The notes: a model not told the origin generated them from the sequence alone. Shown: positions 39,254 through 52,353, counted from the first letter of the stretch. The stretch: DNA of 64,000 nt from Sphingomonas sp. (GCA_965219075.1 CBDCMM010000002.1:643893-707892); one strand, 5' to 3'. A program made the numbers and translations.

Positions 39254-40666
39254 ATGCATAAGCGCGCGCTTACCGCGACTTTGTCCGCCGCAACACTACT
39301 CGCATCGGCCGCCGGCGCGCAGTCGCGGCCCGATCAGAAACCGTTCTTCGATCTCTACAAACAGCTTGTCGAAACCAACACATCGCTCAGCGCCGGCAGC
39401 TGTACCCAGGCCGCGAGCCAGATCGCCGCGCGCCTGAAAATCGCAGGTTACAGCGACCGCGACATCACCCTTTTTTCGGTTCCTGAACACCCGAAGGACG
39501 GTGGAATCGTCGCGATTCTGCCGGGCAGCGACCCGTCCGCCAAACCCATGCTCCTCCTCGGTCATCTCGACGTCGTCGAGGCAAAGCGAGAGGATTGGGT
39601 CCGCGATCCCTTCAAGCTGATCGAGGAAGGCGGCTATTACTACGCCCGCGGCACCGTCGACGACAAGGCGATGGCGGCGATCTGGGCCGACGCGATGGTC
39701 CGTTTCAAGCAACAAGATTACAAGCCGAAACGCACCATCAAACTCGCGCTAACCTGCGGCGAGGAAACGACTTTTGCGTTCAACGGCGCGGAATGGCTCG
39801 CCAAGAACAAGCCTCAGCTGATCGCCGCCGAATTCGCCCTGAACGAAGGCGGCGGCGGCCGCATCGACGATGACGGCAAACGCCAATTGCTCGCGATCCA
39901 GGTGGGCGAAAAGGCCGCGCAGAATTACACCTTCGTCACCGCCAACCCCGGCGGTCACAGCTCCCAACCCACACCCGCAAACGCGATCTACGAACTCGCC
40001 GATGCGCTGAAAGCAGTGCAAGGCTATGAATTCCCCATCAGATTCACCGATACGACGCGCGCGTTCTTCGCCGCGACCGCAAAGGGCATGGGCGGCGAAA
40101 CCGGCAAGGCGATCGACGCGCTGCTAAAGAACCCGAACGACAAGGCCGCCGATGCGATCGTCAGTCGCGACAAGGCACTCCATTCGACGCTTCGCACCAC
40201 CTGCGTTGCGACGCTGGTCGATGCGGGCCATGCCGAAAACGCCTTGCCGCAAAGTGCCAAGGCGAACGTAAACTGCCGCATTTTCCCCGGGGAGACGGTG
40301 GACGGAACGCTCGCGACGCTCAAGCGGCTAGCGGGCGGCAAGGTTACGGTCACCGCCAATCAGCCGGTTCGCCCCACCGCAATCCCGCCCACGCTTGACC
40401 CCAAGATCGTCGGCCCGGCAATCGCCGTCGCGAAACAGCATTTCCCCGGCATTCCGCTGATCCCGATGATGTCGACCGGCGCCACCGACGGCATCTTTTT
40501 CGAAGCGATCGGCATCCCGGTTTACGGCGCGCCCGGCGTCTTCATCGACAAGGACCTTGGCGGCATCCACGGCCTGAACGAACGCATCCGGGTCAAATCG
40601 CTCTATGACGGTCGCGATTACCTTTACGACCTGGTCAAGGCTTACGCTGACAACCCGTCAACCTGA
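39254..40666 (+). CDS. Exported M20/M25/M40-family metallopeptidase
   Basis: Signal peptide; GHLDVV, RGTVDDKA, CGEE, GGHSS, HGLNER. Confidence 0.88.
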   Translation: MHKRALTATLSAATLLASAAGAQSRPDQKPFFDLYKQLVETNTSLSAGSCTQAASQIAARLKIAGYSDRDITLFSVPEHPKDGGIVAILPGSDPSAKPMLLLGHLDVVEAKREDWVRDPFKLIEEGGYYYARGTVDDKAMAAIWADAMVRFKQQDYKPKRTIKLALTCGEETTFAFNGAEWLAKNKPQLIAAEFALNEGGGGRIDDDGKRQLLAIQVGEKAAQNYTFVTANPGGHSSQPTPANAIYELADALKAVQGYEFPIRFTDTTRAFFAATAKGMGGETGKAIDALLKNPNDKAADAIVSRDKALHSTLRTTCVATLVDAGHAENALPQSAKANVNCRIFPGETVDGTLATLKRLAGGKVTVTANQPVRPTAIPPTLDPKIVGPAIAVAKQHFPGIPLIPMMSTGATDGIFFEAIGIPVYGAPGVFIDKDLGGIHGLNERIRVKSLYDGRDYLYDLVKAYADNPST

Positions 40667-41158
40667 CGGCAGGGCCAGCGCGTCGGGATCGGTCAGCGCC
40701 GTCACCCGCCGCGCCGCGCGCCGCGCGAAGCCGAGCGTCGATCGTTTGCGCGCATGCGCCGAAAGGGGAACGCTATGCGCCTGGCGGACGATTTCCGCGT
40801 CATAGCGATCGGCGACGATGATCCCGGTCCGCTCGGGAAGGAACGCCCCCCCCGCCAGCGGCGATAGGTCGAATCCGGCGGGCAACGCCCAGAAGAAACG
40901 GTCGCAATGCGCGAGATAGTCGGGCCATTTGCCGTCCCCCATCAGGTCGGCGCGCGATACCTTGATCTCGACGATAACGATCCCGCCGCGCGGATCGATC
41001 GCCATCAGGTCGGCGCGACGCCCGCCGTCGAGCGGCACCTCCGCGATCGCCGTCAGGTCGTGACGCATCAACATGCGCATAACGCCGCGCGCCACATCCG
41101 CCGCGCATAAGGCCGAATCAGGAGCGTCGACACAGCTTTCAGGCGGGGTATCAAGCAT
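40658..41158 (-). CDS. mmcB: MmcB-family DNA repair endonuclease
   Basis: PD-(D/E)XK 'RRADLMAID...IVEIKVSRAD...KWPDYLAHCDRFFW'; upstream LexA box. Confidence 0.85.
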   Translation of the reverse strand: MLDTPPESCVDAPDSALCAADVARGVMRMLMRHDLTAIAEVPLDGGRRADLMAIDPRGGIVIVEIKVSRADLMGDGKWPDYLAHCDRFFWALPAGFDLSPLAGGAFLPERTGIIVADRYDAEIVRQAHSVPLSAHARKRSTLGFARRAARRVTALTDPDALALPSG

Positions 41159-41170
41159 TCCGGATTTATA

Positions 41171-41185
41171 GAACATGCCATGAAC
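41171..41185 (-). promoter_or_regulatory. Alphaproteobacterial LexA (SOS) box
   Basis: GAAC-ATGCCAT-GAAC on + (GTTC-N7-GTTC on the coding strand), 12 nt upstream of the mmcB ATG. Confidence 0.8.
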
Positions 41186-41271
41186 ACATCAAGGTCGTTT
41201 GGCCTTGATGTGTTCCCGCCAATGCATGCGCAGCGAAGGTGCTCGATTCACGCGAATCGTTGGCCGCAGCC

Positions 41272-42645
41272 CTATCTGACGATCACCGCTGCAGGCACCC
41301 CCGTCAGCCCGGCGGTGTCGAGGAGCAACCTGATGTTCAGCGCGATGATGATCGCGGCAATCACCCATATGGCGACCTTCAGCCATGCCGGGCTGACCAG
41401 ATTCCCCATCTTGGTTTTGTCCGAGGTAAACTGGATGAGCGGGACGATTGCAAAAGGAAGCTGCATCGACAGCACAACCTGGCTGAGGATCAGCAGTCGC
41501 GCGGTGCCGCTCTCACCGTAAATCGCCGCGACGAACACGGTCGGCACGATCGCCAGACCGCGCGTGATCAGCCGCCGGAGCCAGGGTTGAAGCCTGATAC
41601 GAAGGAAGCCCTCCATGACGATCTGTCCCGCCAGCGTGCCGGTGATCGTCGAGTTCTGGCCCGATGCGAGCAGCGCGACCGCGAACAACGTGCTCGCCGC
41701 AGCCGCACCCAGCGTTGGGGTCAGTAGCTTATAAGCATCCTGAATCTCGGCGACGTCGGTCCGCCCGATGGTATGAAACGCCGATGCCGCCAAGATAAGG
41801 ATAGCGGCGTTTACGAACAACGCGAGGCTGAGCGCAACCGTGCTGTCGATCGTCGCCCACTTCGCCGCATCCTTCTTCCCCGCCGGTGTGCGCGGATAGT
41901 CGCGTGTCTGGACGGCGGCAGAATGGAGGTAGAGATTATGCGGCATCACGGTCGCGCCAAGGATGCCGATCGCGATATAGAGCATCGTCGGGTTGGTCAC
42001 GACCTGAGCTTGCGGGACGAAGCCCGCCATCATCGCGCCGATCGCGGGCTGCGACTGGATGAGTTCGTACACGAAACACAGCGCGATGATCGTAATGAGC
42101 GCGATGATGAACGCTTCGAGCTTCCGGAATCCGCTTTTTTGCAGCGCGAGGATCAGCAGCACGTCCGCGCCGGTCAGGACGACGCCCCACACCAGCGGCA
42201 GGCCGAACAGCAGGTTGAGCCCGATCGCGGTGCCGATCACCTCCGCCAGATCGCACGCGACGATCGCGATCTCGCAGAAGATCCATAATATGAACGAAAC
42301 CGCCGGATGATAGGCATCCCGGCAGGCGGAAGCGAGATCGCGGCCGGTCGCGATGCCCAGTCGCGCCGACAGCGCCTGCAACAGGATCGCCATCACATTC
42401 GATATCAGGATCACCGACAGCAGCGTGTAGCCGAACGCCGAACCGCCCGCGAGATCGGTCGCCCAGTTGCCCGGGTCCATATAGCCGACCGCGACGAGGA
42501 AGCCCGGGCCGGTGAACGCCGCCAGTTTCCGCCACCAGGACGCACCTTCGGGAACCTCGATCGAACGGAACACCTCGGGGAGGGAAATACCACCGCCGCT
42601 CCGCCAGCCCGGATCCCCGGTTTCAGCGCTTCCGGGAATTGTCAT
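41272..42645 (-). CDS. mntH: Nramp-family Mn2+/Fe2+ transporter
   Basis: [10 protein letters not shown] and [13 protein letters not shown] signatures; start ATG 42645. Confidence 0.95.
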   Translation of the reverse strand: MTIPGSAETGDPGWRSGGGISLPEVFRSIEVPEGASWWRKLAAFTGPGFLVAVGYMDPGNWATDLAGGSAFGYTLLSVILISNVMAILLQALSARLGIATGRDLASACRDAYHPAVSFILWIFCEIAIVACDLAEVIGTAIGLNLLFGLPLVWGVVLTGADVLLILALQKSGFRKLEAFIIALITIIALCFVYELIQSQPAIGAMMAGFVPQAQVVTNPTMLYIAIGILGATVMPHNLYLHSAAVQTRDYPRTPAGKKDAAKWATIDSTVALSLALFVNAAILILAASAFHTIGRTDVAEIQDAYKLLTPTLGAAAASTLFAVALLASGQNSTITGTLAGQIVMEGFLRIRLQPWLRRLITRGLAIVPTVFVAAIYGESGTARLLILSQVVLSMQLPFAIVPLIQFTSDKTKMGNLVSPAWLKVAIWVIAAIIIALNIRLLLDTAGLTGVPAAVIVR

Positions 42646-42697
42646 GATATATGCCGCTCCGGGCTGATCCACGCCGTGCTTCAAACCTCCGTCCGCA

Positions 42698-43767
42698 TCA
42701 TCGCACAACGCCCGGTGCTGCAAGAAGCTCGCCGATCTGACCGGCGGCCGGTGTCCAGTCGATATCGTGTTGCTCCAGCCATCGATCACAATAATAGGTA
42801 TCGGCATAGCGATCGCCGCCGTCGCACAACAAGGTGACAATGCTACCGCTTTCATCGCGGGCATCCATCTCCCGGGCAAGACGCAGGGATGCCCAGAGGT
42901 TTGTCCCGGTTGAGCCGCCCACCCTGCGCCCGAGCTTGACGCTGAGCGCTCGCATTGCCCCAATACTGTCCTGATCCGCGACGGCGATCATGCGGTCGAT
43001 GACATTTGGGATGAAACTCGGTTCGACCTGCGGGCGTCCAATCCCTTCGATCCGGCTGCCGCAGCCTTCTGGCAAACGCGTGATCGACCAGTAGTTATAA
43101 TGTCGGTGAAAGACCGAATGGTGCGGATCGGCAACACACAGGCGGGTGTCGTATCTCTGATAGCGGATAAAACGGCCGATCGTCGCGCTGGTACCGCCGG
43201 TGCCTGCACCACAGACCACCCAGGACGGAATTGAATATTCCTCCTGGCGCATCTGCGCGAAGATGCTCTCTGCAATGTTGTTGTTGCCTCGCCAGTCCGT
43301 TGCACGTTCGGCAAAGGTGATTGATCCAGATAAAACCCGCCTGTTTGCGCCGCGAGCCGACGGGCCGCCTCGTAGATGGTGCGTGGATCATCGACCATAT
43401 GGATCTCGCCCCCTTCAAACCGTATCGCGTCCAGCTTCGGTCTCGCCGTTGCGGCGGGCAGCACTGCGATGAAACGCAAACCCAACATGCGTGCGAAATA
43501 GGCTTCGGACACCGCGGTTGACCCCGATGACGATTCGATGATGCACGTCTCGGGACCGATCCATTCGTCACACAGCGCATAAAGAAAGAGCGATCGCGCG
43601 AGTCTGTGCTTCAAGCTTCCCGTCGGATGGCTGCTTTCATCCTTGAGATACAGCGCAATCCCCGGAAAACACGGGACCTCCAGCCGGATGAGATGCGTAT
43701 CGGCAGATCGGTTGTAATCCGCCTCAATGCGGCGGACGGCGTCATTCAGCCAAACCCGGTCCTTCAC
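42698..43767 (-). pseudogene. cds1: PLP-dependent cysteine synthase family (Cds1 cysteine desulfhydrase-like), frameshift near 43320
   Basis: LKDESSHPTGSLKHRLARSLFLYAL...YLDQ, then in another frame TFAERATDWRGNNNIAESIF...GAGTGGTS; CAA-TC-ACC lacks one T. Confidence 0.82.
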
Positions 43768-43854
43768 GCGAACCGCATCCGCAAACCCGGCAGTCGTCCG
43801 GCTCGCCGGTCATTCAAGGCGGAATATTCGGTCAACGTCGGACGTCGTTTCCTG

Positions 43855-46506
<2,652 letters not shown>

Positions 46507-46811
46507 GGCGTCGTTTCATCCAGCCTTTCAGTTTGTCACGTACCGCATCCGCAGCCCGGATCAGCGCCCGCAAAGATCAGGCCATCTGCACGCGGGATTG
46601 ACGCTGCTTCGGTTACCGATCCGCCTGATGGCACATCGTTCATTTGTCGAGCAATCTTGTCGGCAAGCCCGGCACTTTCAAGGATTTTGGTAGCGGCGCG
46701 ATTTTATCCTGCCTTGCATGACACCGTTTTGAGTGACGGCGCCACCCTTCATAGTGGCGCTGGTAAAGTTTATCGGCAAATTCATTCCGCGCTGCGCTAG
46801 GGTGCGACACG

Positions 46812-47432
46812 ATGAAAAACGCCCGTCGACGACCGAGCCGTTTTGCCGCCGCCCTGTTCGCTGCGGCGCTGGCCGGTATCCCGCTCAGCGCATGTCAGCG
46901 AAGCGGCGCTTCGAACGCGGCCGACATATCGGGCGCCGTCCCTCCGCTGGCGCTATCGATGACCCGGGCGGACGACGGCAGGACGATCAGCGCGGCCGAT
47001 TACAAGGGCAAGGTGACGCTGATGTATTTCGGCTATACTTTTTGTCCGGACATCTGTCCGATGACTTTGTCGAACGTCGCGCGGGTGCTGAAGAGGCTCG
47101 GCCCCTTGGCGCGCGATGTCCGGGTGTTGTTCGTGACGGTCGATCCGGACCGGGATACGCCGGACGTTCTCAAGCAATATGTGTCGGCATTCGGCCCGGA
47201 GTTCGACGGTTTGCGCGGCGACCCCGATCATCTGGCCGCGCTCGCCCGGCGCTACCGCGTCGCTTATTCGGTCGATCCGCACGGACCGGGCGGCAGCTAT
47301 CAGGTGACGCACGGGTCGGGCATTTACGTTTTCGACAGGAAAGGAAAGGCGCGTCTGCTGATGAGTTCCCTGTCCGGCACCGACCCCGATATCGACGGCG
47401 CGACCGCCGACCTCCGGACCCTGTTGCGCTAA
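46812..47432 (+). CDS. SCO1/SenC copper chaperone lipoprotein
   Basis: Lipobox LSAC, FGYTFCPDICP (CxxxC), TVDPDRD, conserved His (VTHGSG). Confidence 0.92.
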   Translation: MKNARRRPSRFAAALFAAALAGIPLSACQRSGASNAADISGAVPPLALSMTRADDGRTISAADYKGKVTLMYFGYTFCPDICPMTLSNVARVLKRLGPLARDVRVLFVTVDPDRDTPDVLKQYVSAFGPEFDGLRGDPDHLAALARRYRVAYSVDPHGPGGSYQVTHGSGIYVFDRKGKARLLMSSLSGTDPDIDGATADLRTLLR

Positions 47433-48403
47433 CGTCCCGTCCAGGGGGCGGGCATCAGGTCCTCCTGCCCGGCCGACCGGCGTTCGTCGTTCAGCCGTAA
47501 CGCATTTAGAATGACCAGCAGCGCAATGACGCTCATCATCGCGGGGGGAATCCATACGATCAGGCCGCCGAGGCTCTGATCGTCGAGCGGCCCGATCGAT
47601 GGATAGAGGCGACCGCACCATGCATAAAAACTGTAGAGGTCATGGCGTGACAGGGCGATGACCGCCCCGATGATGATCTGGGGGAACATCACCCCTACCG
47701 CCAGTGCCGCGCGCATTCCGAACGAAATGCCCGCTTCGCTCTTGTCGCGCGGATCGAGCGCCACGCCCCAGAACAGCAAGCCGTCGCCGACCATCGTCCA
47801 GTTCATCACGAGATAGAGATCGGGATCGATCATCGCGCGGAAATGTACGTTCGGAATAAGCCACAAGGCGATCAGGCCGACGAACAGAACGGCCGCAAGC
47901 AACGGCTGCCGGACGATGTGCAGCGATCCCTCGACCGTCCGCGACGCGGCGAAGCGGCGAACGAACCCGGGAGCGCCCGCCAGTACCACCTCCCACGGCC
48001 ACGCCAGCGCAATCAGGAACGGGCCGAGATGATGCATGACGACATGCTGGAGTCGATTGAGAAAGAACATGTGCTGGGCAAGATATTCAAGCCGCGTCTG
48101 CAACACCGCGTAGATGATCGCGACGCCGAGGACGAAGCACCCGCTGCGCCAGAGCGAAGGCCTTCGATCACTGTCGAGCTTACCCAAACCGCAAAAATAC
48201 CAGAGCAGCGGAAAGGCCGTCGCAAAGAACCAGGAAAAGGAGAAGTCCCAGGGGGCCCAGTCCGGCATGGCTGCGGCATGAAAAGTGCTGAGCCACCACA
48301 GCAAGCCACTGGCGGCAAGAATTATCGCCGTCGCGCGGTGCTCTGCGGACAATAAGGACGCGACGATCTTCGGATTCGAAGCGGGGCGGCGCTGGTCAAA
48401 CAT
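47429..48403 (-). CDS. CtaG (caa3-type) cytochrome c oxidase assembly protein
   Basis: 'QHMFFLNRLQHVVMHHLGP', 'DDQSLGGLIVWIP'; multiple TMs; start uncertain. Confidence 0.8.
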   Translation of the reverse strand: MFDQRRPASNPKIVASLLSAEHRATAIILAASGLLWWLSTFHAAAMPDWAPWDFSFSWFFATAFPLLWYFCGLGKLDSDRRPSLWRSGCFVLGVAIIYAVLQTRLEYLAQHMFFLNRLQHVVMHHLGPFLIALAWPWEVVLAGAPGFVRRFAASRTVEGSLHIVRQPLLAAVLFVGLIALWLIPNVHFRAMIDPDLYLVMNWTMVGDGLLFWGVALDPRDKSEAGISFGMRAALAVGVMFPQIIIGAVIALSRHDLYSFYAWCGRLYPSIGPLDDQSLGGLIVWIPPAMMSVIALLVILNALRLNDERRSAGQEDLMPAPWTGR

Positions 48404-48427
48404 CGGGCGCGGGAGTACCGCACCCGG

Positions 48428-49450
48428 ATGAGCGATCCAAGCGCGGGTTTCTTCGTCGCCGGTGCGATTGCGCCGGTGCTTGCCGCGGCGACCTATGCAA
48501 ACGGTGTCCGGCGCAGGGCCGATACGGGCCGGACGGTATCCCCCATGCGGCAGGCCTTGTTCGCGGCGGGATTCGGTGCGTTCCTGCTGTCGATCGAATG
48601 GCCGTTCGCCGGCCATGCGCATCAGCTTTTCTGGGTGCATCAGGTCGGTATCCTGATCGCGCGTCTTGTCGCTCCGATCCTGACCGTCACGTCGCGTCCG
48701 GCCGGATTGCTGATCGCGGGCTTGCCCGGTGCGGCGCGGCGGCGGATGCTCAGGCCCGCACTGTCACAGCCGTTCGTTCGGGTCGTCTGGCCGATCGTCT
48801 CGCATCCGTTGACGGCCGTCACGCTTTACGTTGCGACTTTGTATGTTTGGGAGATACCGGCGCTACAGGGCGATGCTATACATTCCGGCACCGCGGGATT
48901 GGCAATGCACTTCACGCTGCTGCTGACCGGGCTGCTCTTTTGGAGCCGCATATTCGAACGCAGGCCTGCGCCGCATGCGCCGACGCATGGGTGGCGTCTG
49001 ATGATGATCTGGATCGCCGTGCTCGCGCAAATCCTGCTTGGCGCCTACCTGACCTCGAAAAGCACGATCATCTACCCCGCTTATGCCGCTCTTCGGCCTT
49101 CGGCGGCCGCCGCGCTCACCGACGAACAGACGGGCGGGTTTATCATCTGGGTGCTGAGCAGCTTGCTGTCATTATCCGCGCTAATTGTCGTGATCGACCA
49201 GTTCGCTCGCCATGAAACAAAAATGGACGAAAAGCGAAAGCGCTGGTCGCCGTCCAATTCAGCCATCCTGCTCTATCCGACGACCGCCGGGGCCCTTCGC
49301 GCGATGACCCGCACGAAAAATCGGCGGATGGCGATCGGCATGGTCGGCTTTGCGCTAATAGTGCTTTGCGCAGCGTTAGGCAGCGCGGTCAGCAGCCACC
49401 GGATAAGCCGGCGTGAGAATATGCGGCAATACCTGCTGTCCCGGTCGTGA
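48428..49450 (+). CDS. Second CtaG (caa3-type) paralog with C-terminal extension
   Basis: 'HQLFWVHQ...VAP', 'LYVWEIPAL', 'MHFTLLLTGLLFW', 'DEQTGGFIIW'. Confidence 0.75.
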   Translation: MSDPSAGFFVAGAIAPVLAAATYANGVRRRADTGRTVSPMRQALFAAGFGAFLLSIEWPFAGHAHQLFWVHQVGILIARLVAPILTVTSRPAGLLIAGLPGAARRRMLRPALSQPFVRVVWPIVSHPLTAVTLYVATLYVWEIPALQGDAIHSGTAGLAMHFTLLLTGLLFWSRIFERRPAPHAPTHGWRLMMIWIAVLAQILLGAYLTSKSTIIYPAYAALRPSAAAALTDEQTGGFIIWVLSSLLSLSALIVVIDQFARHETKMDEKRKRWSPSNSAILLYPTTAGALRAMTRTKNRRMAIGMVGFALIVLCAALGSAVSSHRISRRENMRQYLLSRS

Positions 49451-49637
49451 CGACGGGTGAGAGTCCCTTTTTGACCGCGAGCGCATGGCCCCTTCACGAG
49501 GGTTTGATCCACGGTCTGCGTCGACGGTGCATCGGCACCTCCGGTCCAGCCGTCTGCATCATGTGCTTTCGTGCGACCGGTGAGCGCATCGCGCGGCGTA
49601 ATTCGATTCGCAGCCAAGGACCGCCGCTCACTGCCTC

Positions 49638-50297
49638 TCACCGATAGAATATATGGTTTCCGATTGCTGCGAGCTTCGTCAATCGGGCCGATGGCCGGTT
49701 GCCGGGGGTGTTGAAATACAGCGCCTTCTGCGCCGGGCTCTTGCTCCACGCATCGGCAAGCGCGGTCTTCGCCACGGCGACGGCGCGTCGATAGGTTGCA
49801 CGGCTGGCATCGACCGCCGGAATTTCCCCGCCGCGTATGAAACTGAATTGTCCGCGCTGGGTCACGACCGAACAGATGTCCGTCGGGAAACGACCCGACT
49901 TCGCCCTGTTCAGGATCACCTGCGCTACGGCATATTGACCAGCCAGCGGCTCGCCCCGCGCTTCGAAATAAACCGCACCGGCAAGGCACCGGACGGCGTC
50001 GTCGCCCGTGGCGGCATCATGCGCGGCAATCGCATCCGCGAGCGTATCATATTCGGTCTGTGTCGCGGCATCGGGCAACGCGATCGTAACGGAAACCGAC
50101 TTGGCATCGGTCACGGTTTCCTGCGGAACCAACGCCGTATCAGGCGTGTTTATCAACGAATTCGCATAGCCGAGGCTCACCGCCTCGATCCCTTCAGCGA
50201 TAAACGGATGTGCAAGAACCGGAGTCCCGAATCCGCAAAGACCGACAAGCGACAAGCCGATCGCCGCAAATCCTGCGGCTTTTTGTAGAACAGTCAT
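49638..50297 (-). CDS. Cell wall hydrolase (SleB/Hydrolase_2 family)
   Basis: CLAGAVYFEARGE, GQYAVAQVILNR, GQFSF, IGNHIFYR; signal peptide. Confidence 0.9.
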   Translation of the reverse strand: MTVLQKAAGFAAIGLSLVGLCGFGTPVLAHPFIAEGIEAVSLGYANSLINTPDTALVPQETVTDAKSVSVTIALPDAATQTEYDTLADAIAAHDAATGDDAVRCLAGAVYFEARGEPLAGQYAVAQVILNRAKSGRFPTDICSVVTQRGQFSFIRGGEIPAVDASRATYRRAVAVAKTALADAWSKSPAQKALYFNTPGNRPSARLTKLAAIGNHIFYR

Positions 50298-50467
50298 TCG
50301 TTCGAGTAGACATGCGGTTGGCAAGCGAAACGCCGACGACTTGTTTCCAAGTCAAAATGCGCCCGGTCGACCCCCCGACTGCGTAACCGTTCCGCCTCTG
50401 ACCCGGACCGACACAACGCTTCAAAGCAAGATATGGTCGTTCACAGGGCGGACCCGGGCCGTCAACC

Positions 50468-50785
50468 TTACAGGATCGTTTCAGCGATGAATCGTTCCGC
50501 CCCTGCGATGTCCACCTCGATCACCCATAAATCCGGGTCCCACGCACGCCGTTTGCGCCAATAGGGTTCGATATCGTCCGCAGGGGTCGAATCGATCAGA
50601 ATCGTTTTACCGTCCGGACCAGGCCCGCGTTCCAACAGGCGCGAACCCCCTGCCTCCACCGACACCGCAAGGATCGCGCCCGCATCGCGATCTCCGCGCG
50701 CGAGAACCATTCCCATTCCGCCCGCGTCGTTGACCCGCCGCAGCAACGCGCTGACAATCAGCCCGCTTGGCAACCGGTCACTCAT
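50468..50785 (-). CDS. DUF1491-family protein
   Basis: 'VLARGDRDAGAI...RRAWDPDLWVIEVD'. Confidence 0.8.
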   Translation of the reverse strand: MSDRLPSGLIVSALLRRVNDAGGMGMVLARGDRDAGAILAVSVEAGGSRLLERGPGPDGKTILIDSTPADDIEPYWRKRRAWDPDLWVIEVDIAGAERFIAETIL

Positions 50786-51255
50786 CGGTATCCCGGCAGG
50801 TCTGTAAGCGGGATGCGCGACCGCATGAAGGTTCCCGTTCCTCGCGCCGCTTCCTCGCCTTCCGCATCGATCAGCCTGGCATCGGCGACGAACACGCGCC
50901 GTTTGCCGCTGACCCAGCGCCCCTCCGCGGTGACCGGTCCGGCGCGCAGCGGCTTGGTCAAAAGCATGTTAAACGCCGTCGTCAGCAAAAACCGATCGGT
51001 GACGAGACTGTTCGCCGCGTAAAACGCGGCATCGTCAAGCATCTTGAAATACCCCGTGCCGTGCGCCGCCCCCGCCGCATGATAATGCGCCTCTTCGATC
51101 GAAAACCGGATGCGCGCGAGGCCGCCCTCCAATATTTCGAGGCGCGATTCGAACAGCCGGTTAATTGGTGCGCGCGCGTAAAGATTTTCGAGTGCGCGGA
51201 AATGTGCGGCCTCTCCCGCCGGTCCGGTATCCGCCCGATCGGCATCAGGCCGCAT
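50782..51255 (-). CDS. PaaI-family thioesterase (hotdog fold)
   Basis: 'AAHGTGYFKMLDDAAFYAANS', 'EGRWVSGKRRVFVADARL'. Confidence 0.85.
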   Translation of the reverse strand: MRPDADRADTGPAGEAAHFRALENLYARAPINRLFESRLEILEGGLARIRFSIEEAHYHAAGAAHGTGYFKMLDDAAFYAANSLVTDRFLLTTAFNMLLTKPLRAGPVTAEGRWVSGKRRVFVADARLIDAEGEEAARGTGTFMRSRIPLTDLPGYR

Positions 51256-51712
51256 CGCGGGTACCGTCCGCCGTGAACAGAGCGTACAGCGCATCCTTGG
51301 AGCCTGCGCCGCGTAGTTTCGCGACAAAGCCCGCATCGCGCAACCGGCGTGAGACCCTCGCCAGAGCCATCAGATGGTCAGCACCCGATCCGGACGGCGA
51401 CACCAGCACGAACACACAGTCGACAGGCAGTCCGTCGACCGCCTGATAATTGATTGGGCTGGCGAGACGCGCAAACGCCCCGACCGGACGCGTCAGCCCG
51501 CCGACCTTTGCATGCGGGATGGCGGTGCCGTTCCCGAAGCCGGTCGACCCCAGCTGCTCGCGTGCGGCCAGTCGATCGGCGATACCCGCCGGATCGACGT
51601 CATTAGCCGCGGCGATCGTCGCCGCCATGTGCGCGAAAACGGCCTTCTTGCTCGCAACGCCAAGATCGATGAGAACCGAGCCCGGTTGCAGCAGGTCATT
51701 GAAATCATTCAT
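51245..51712 (-). CDS. ptsN: PTS IIA(Ntr)
   Basis: 'REQLGSTGFGNGTAIPHAK', 'HLMALARVSRRLRD'. Confidence 0.9.
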   Translation of the reverse strand: MNDFNDLLQPGSVLIDLGVASKKAVFAHMAATIAAANDVDPAGIADRLAAREQLGSTGFGNGTAIPHAKVGGLTRPVGAFARLASPINYQAVDGLPVDCVFVLVSPSGSGADHLMALARVSRRLRDAGFVAKLRGAGSKDALYALFTADGTRDAA

Positions 51713-51721
51713 CGTCTAACA

Positions 51722-51738
51722 GCGCTCCTGCGGAGCGC
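51722..51738 (-). terminator. GC-rich hairpin between hpf and ptsN
   Basis: GCGCTCC-TGC-GGAGCGC (7-bp stem); weak U-tract. Confidence 0.3.
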
Positions 51739-51768
51739 CTTAGCCCGACTTGGCCGTCGCAGGCTAGG

Positions 51769-52353
51769 TTACGCCGCGCGTTGCGGCTCGACCCAGCCAA
51801 TCGTCCCGTCGCCTCGCCGATACACCATGTTGTAGGCACCCGTGCCCGCGTTTTTGAACAGCAGAGCGGACGTATTGCGCAGGTCGAGCATCATGACCGC
51901 GTCCGACACGCTTGCATCGGGAACATCGACGCGCGTTTCTGCGATAATCAGAGGCGCATCCTCCGTCTCATCCTCGCTCATCGACTCCTGGAACAATGTG
52001 TAGCCTGCATTGTCATAGCCGTTGCTCTCGGCCAACGCGGCCTGCGCACCCGCATTGCGGTCCTTCAGCCGTCGCATGTAGCGCCGCAGCTGCTTTTCGA
52101 TCTTTTCCGCCGCTCCATCGAACGCAGGGTGCGCTTCCTGCGCGTTGTTGCTGCCTTTAAGCACCAGTCCCTGCATGACGTGCGCGACGATATCGCACGT
52201 AAAACCCGCATCGTGCGGCCCCTTGCCGAAAGTGACGTGCGCGGAGATCGTGCGCGCAAAATATTTGTCGGCGATACCCTGAAGCCGGTCCTCGACATGG
52301 GCTTTCAGCGCGTCGCCTGTTTCCACCTGATGACCTGAAATCCGGATATCCAT
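51769..52353 (-). CDS. hpf: Long ribosome hibernation promoting factor
   Basis: MDIRISGHQVETGDAL, 'KIEKQLRRY', C-terminal 'NMVYRRGDGTIGWV'. Confidence 0.92.
   Translation of the reverse strand: MDIRISGHQVETGDALKAHVEDRLQGIADKYFARTISAHVTFGKGPHDAGFTCDIVAHVMQGLVLKGSNNAQEAHPAFDGAAEKIEKQLRRYMRRLKDRNAGAQAALAESNGYDNAGYTLFQESMSEDETEDAPLIIAETRVDVPDASVSDAVMMLDLRNTSALLFKNAGTGAYNMVYRRGDGTIGWVEPQRAA

Noticed and set aside
42646-42697. yybP-ykoY manganese riboswitch before mntH
   Set aside because: The gap is only 52 nt and no consensus elements are visible.
46507-46811. ncRNA between alaS and sco
   Set aside because: Only short inverted repeats (for example GCGCCAC/GTGGCGC near 46739-46760), expected by chance at this GC; no family features.
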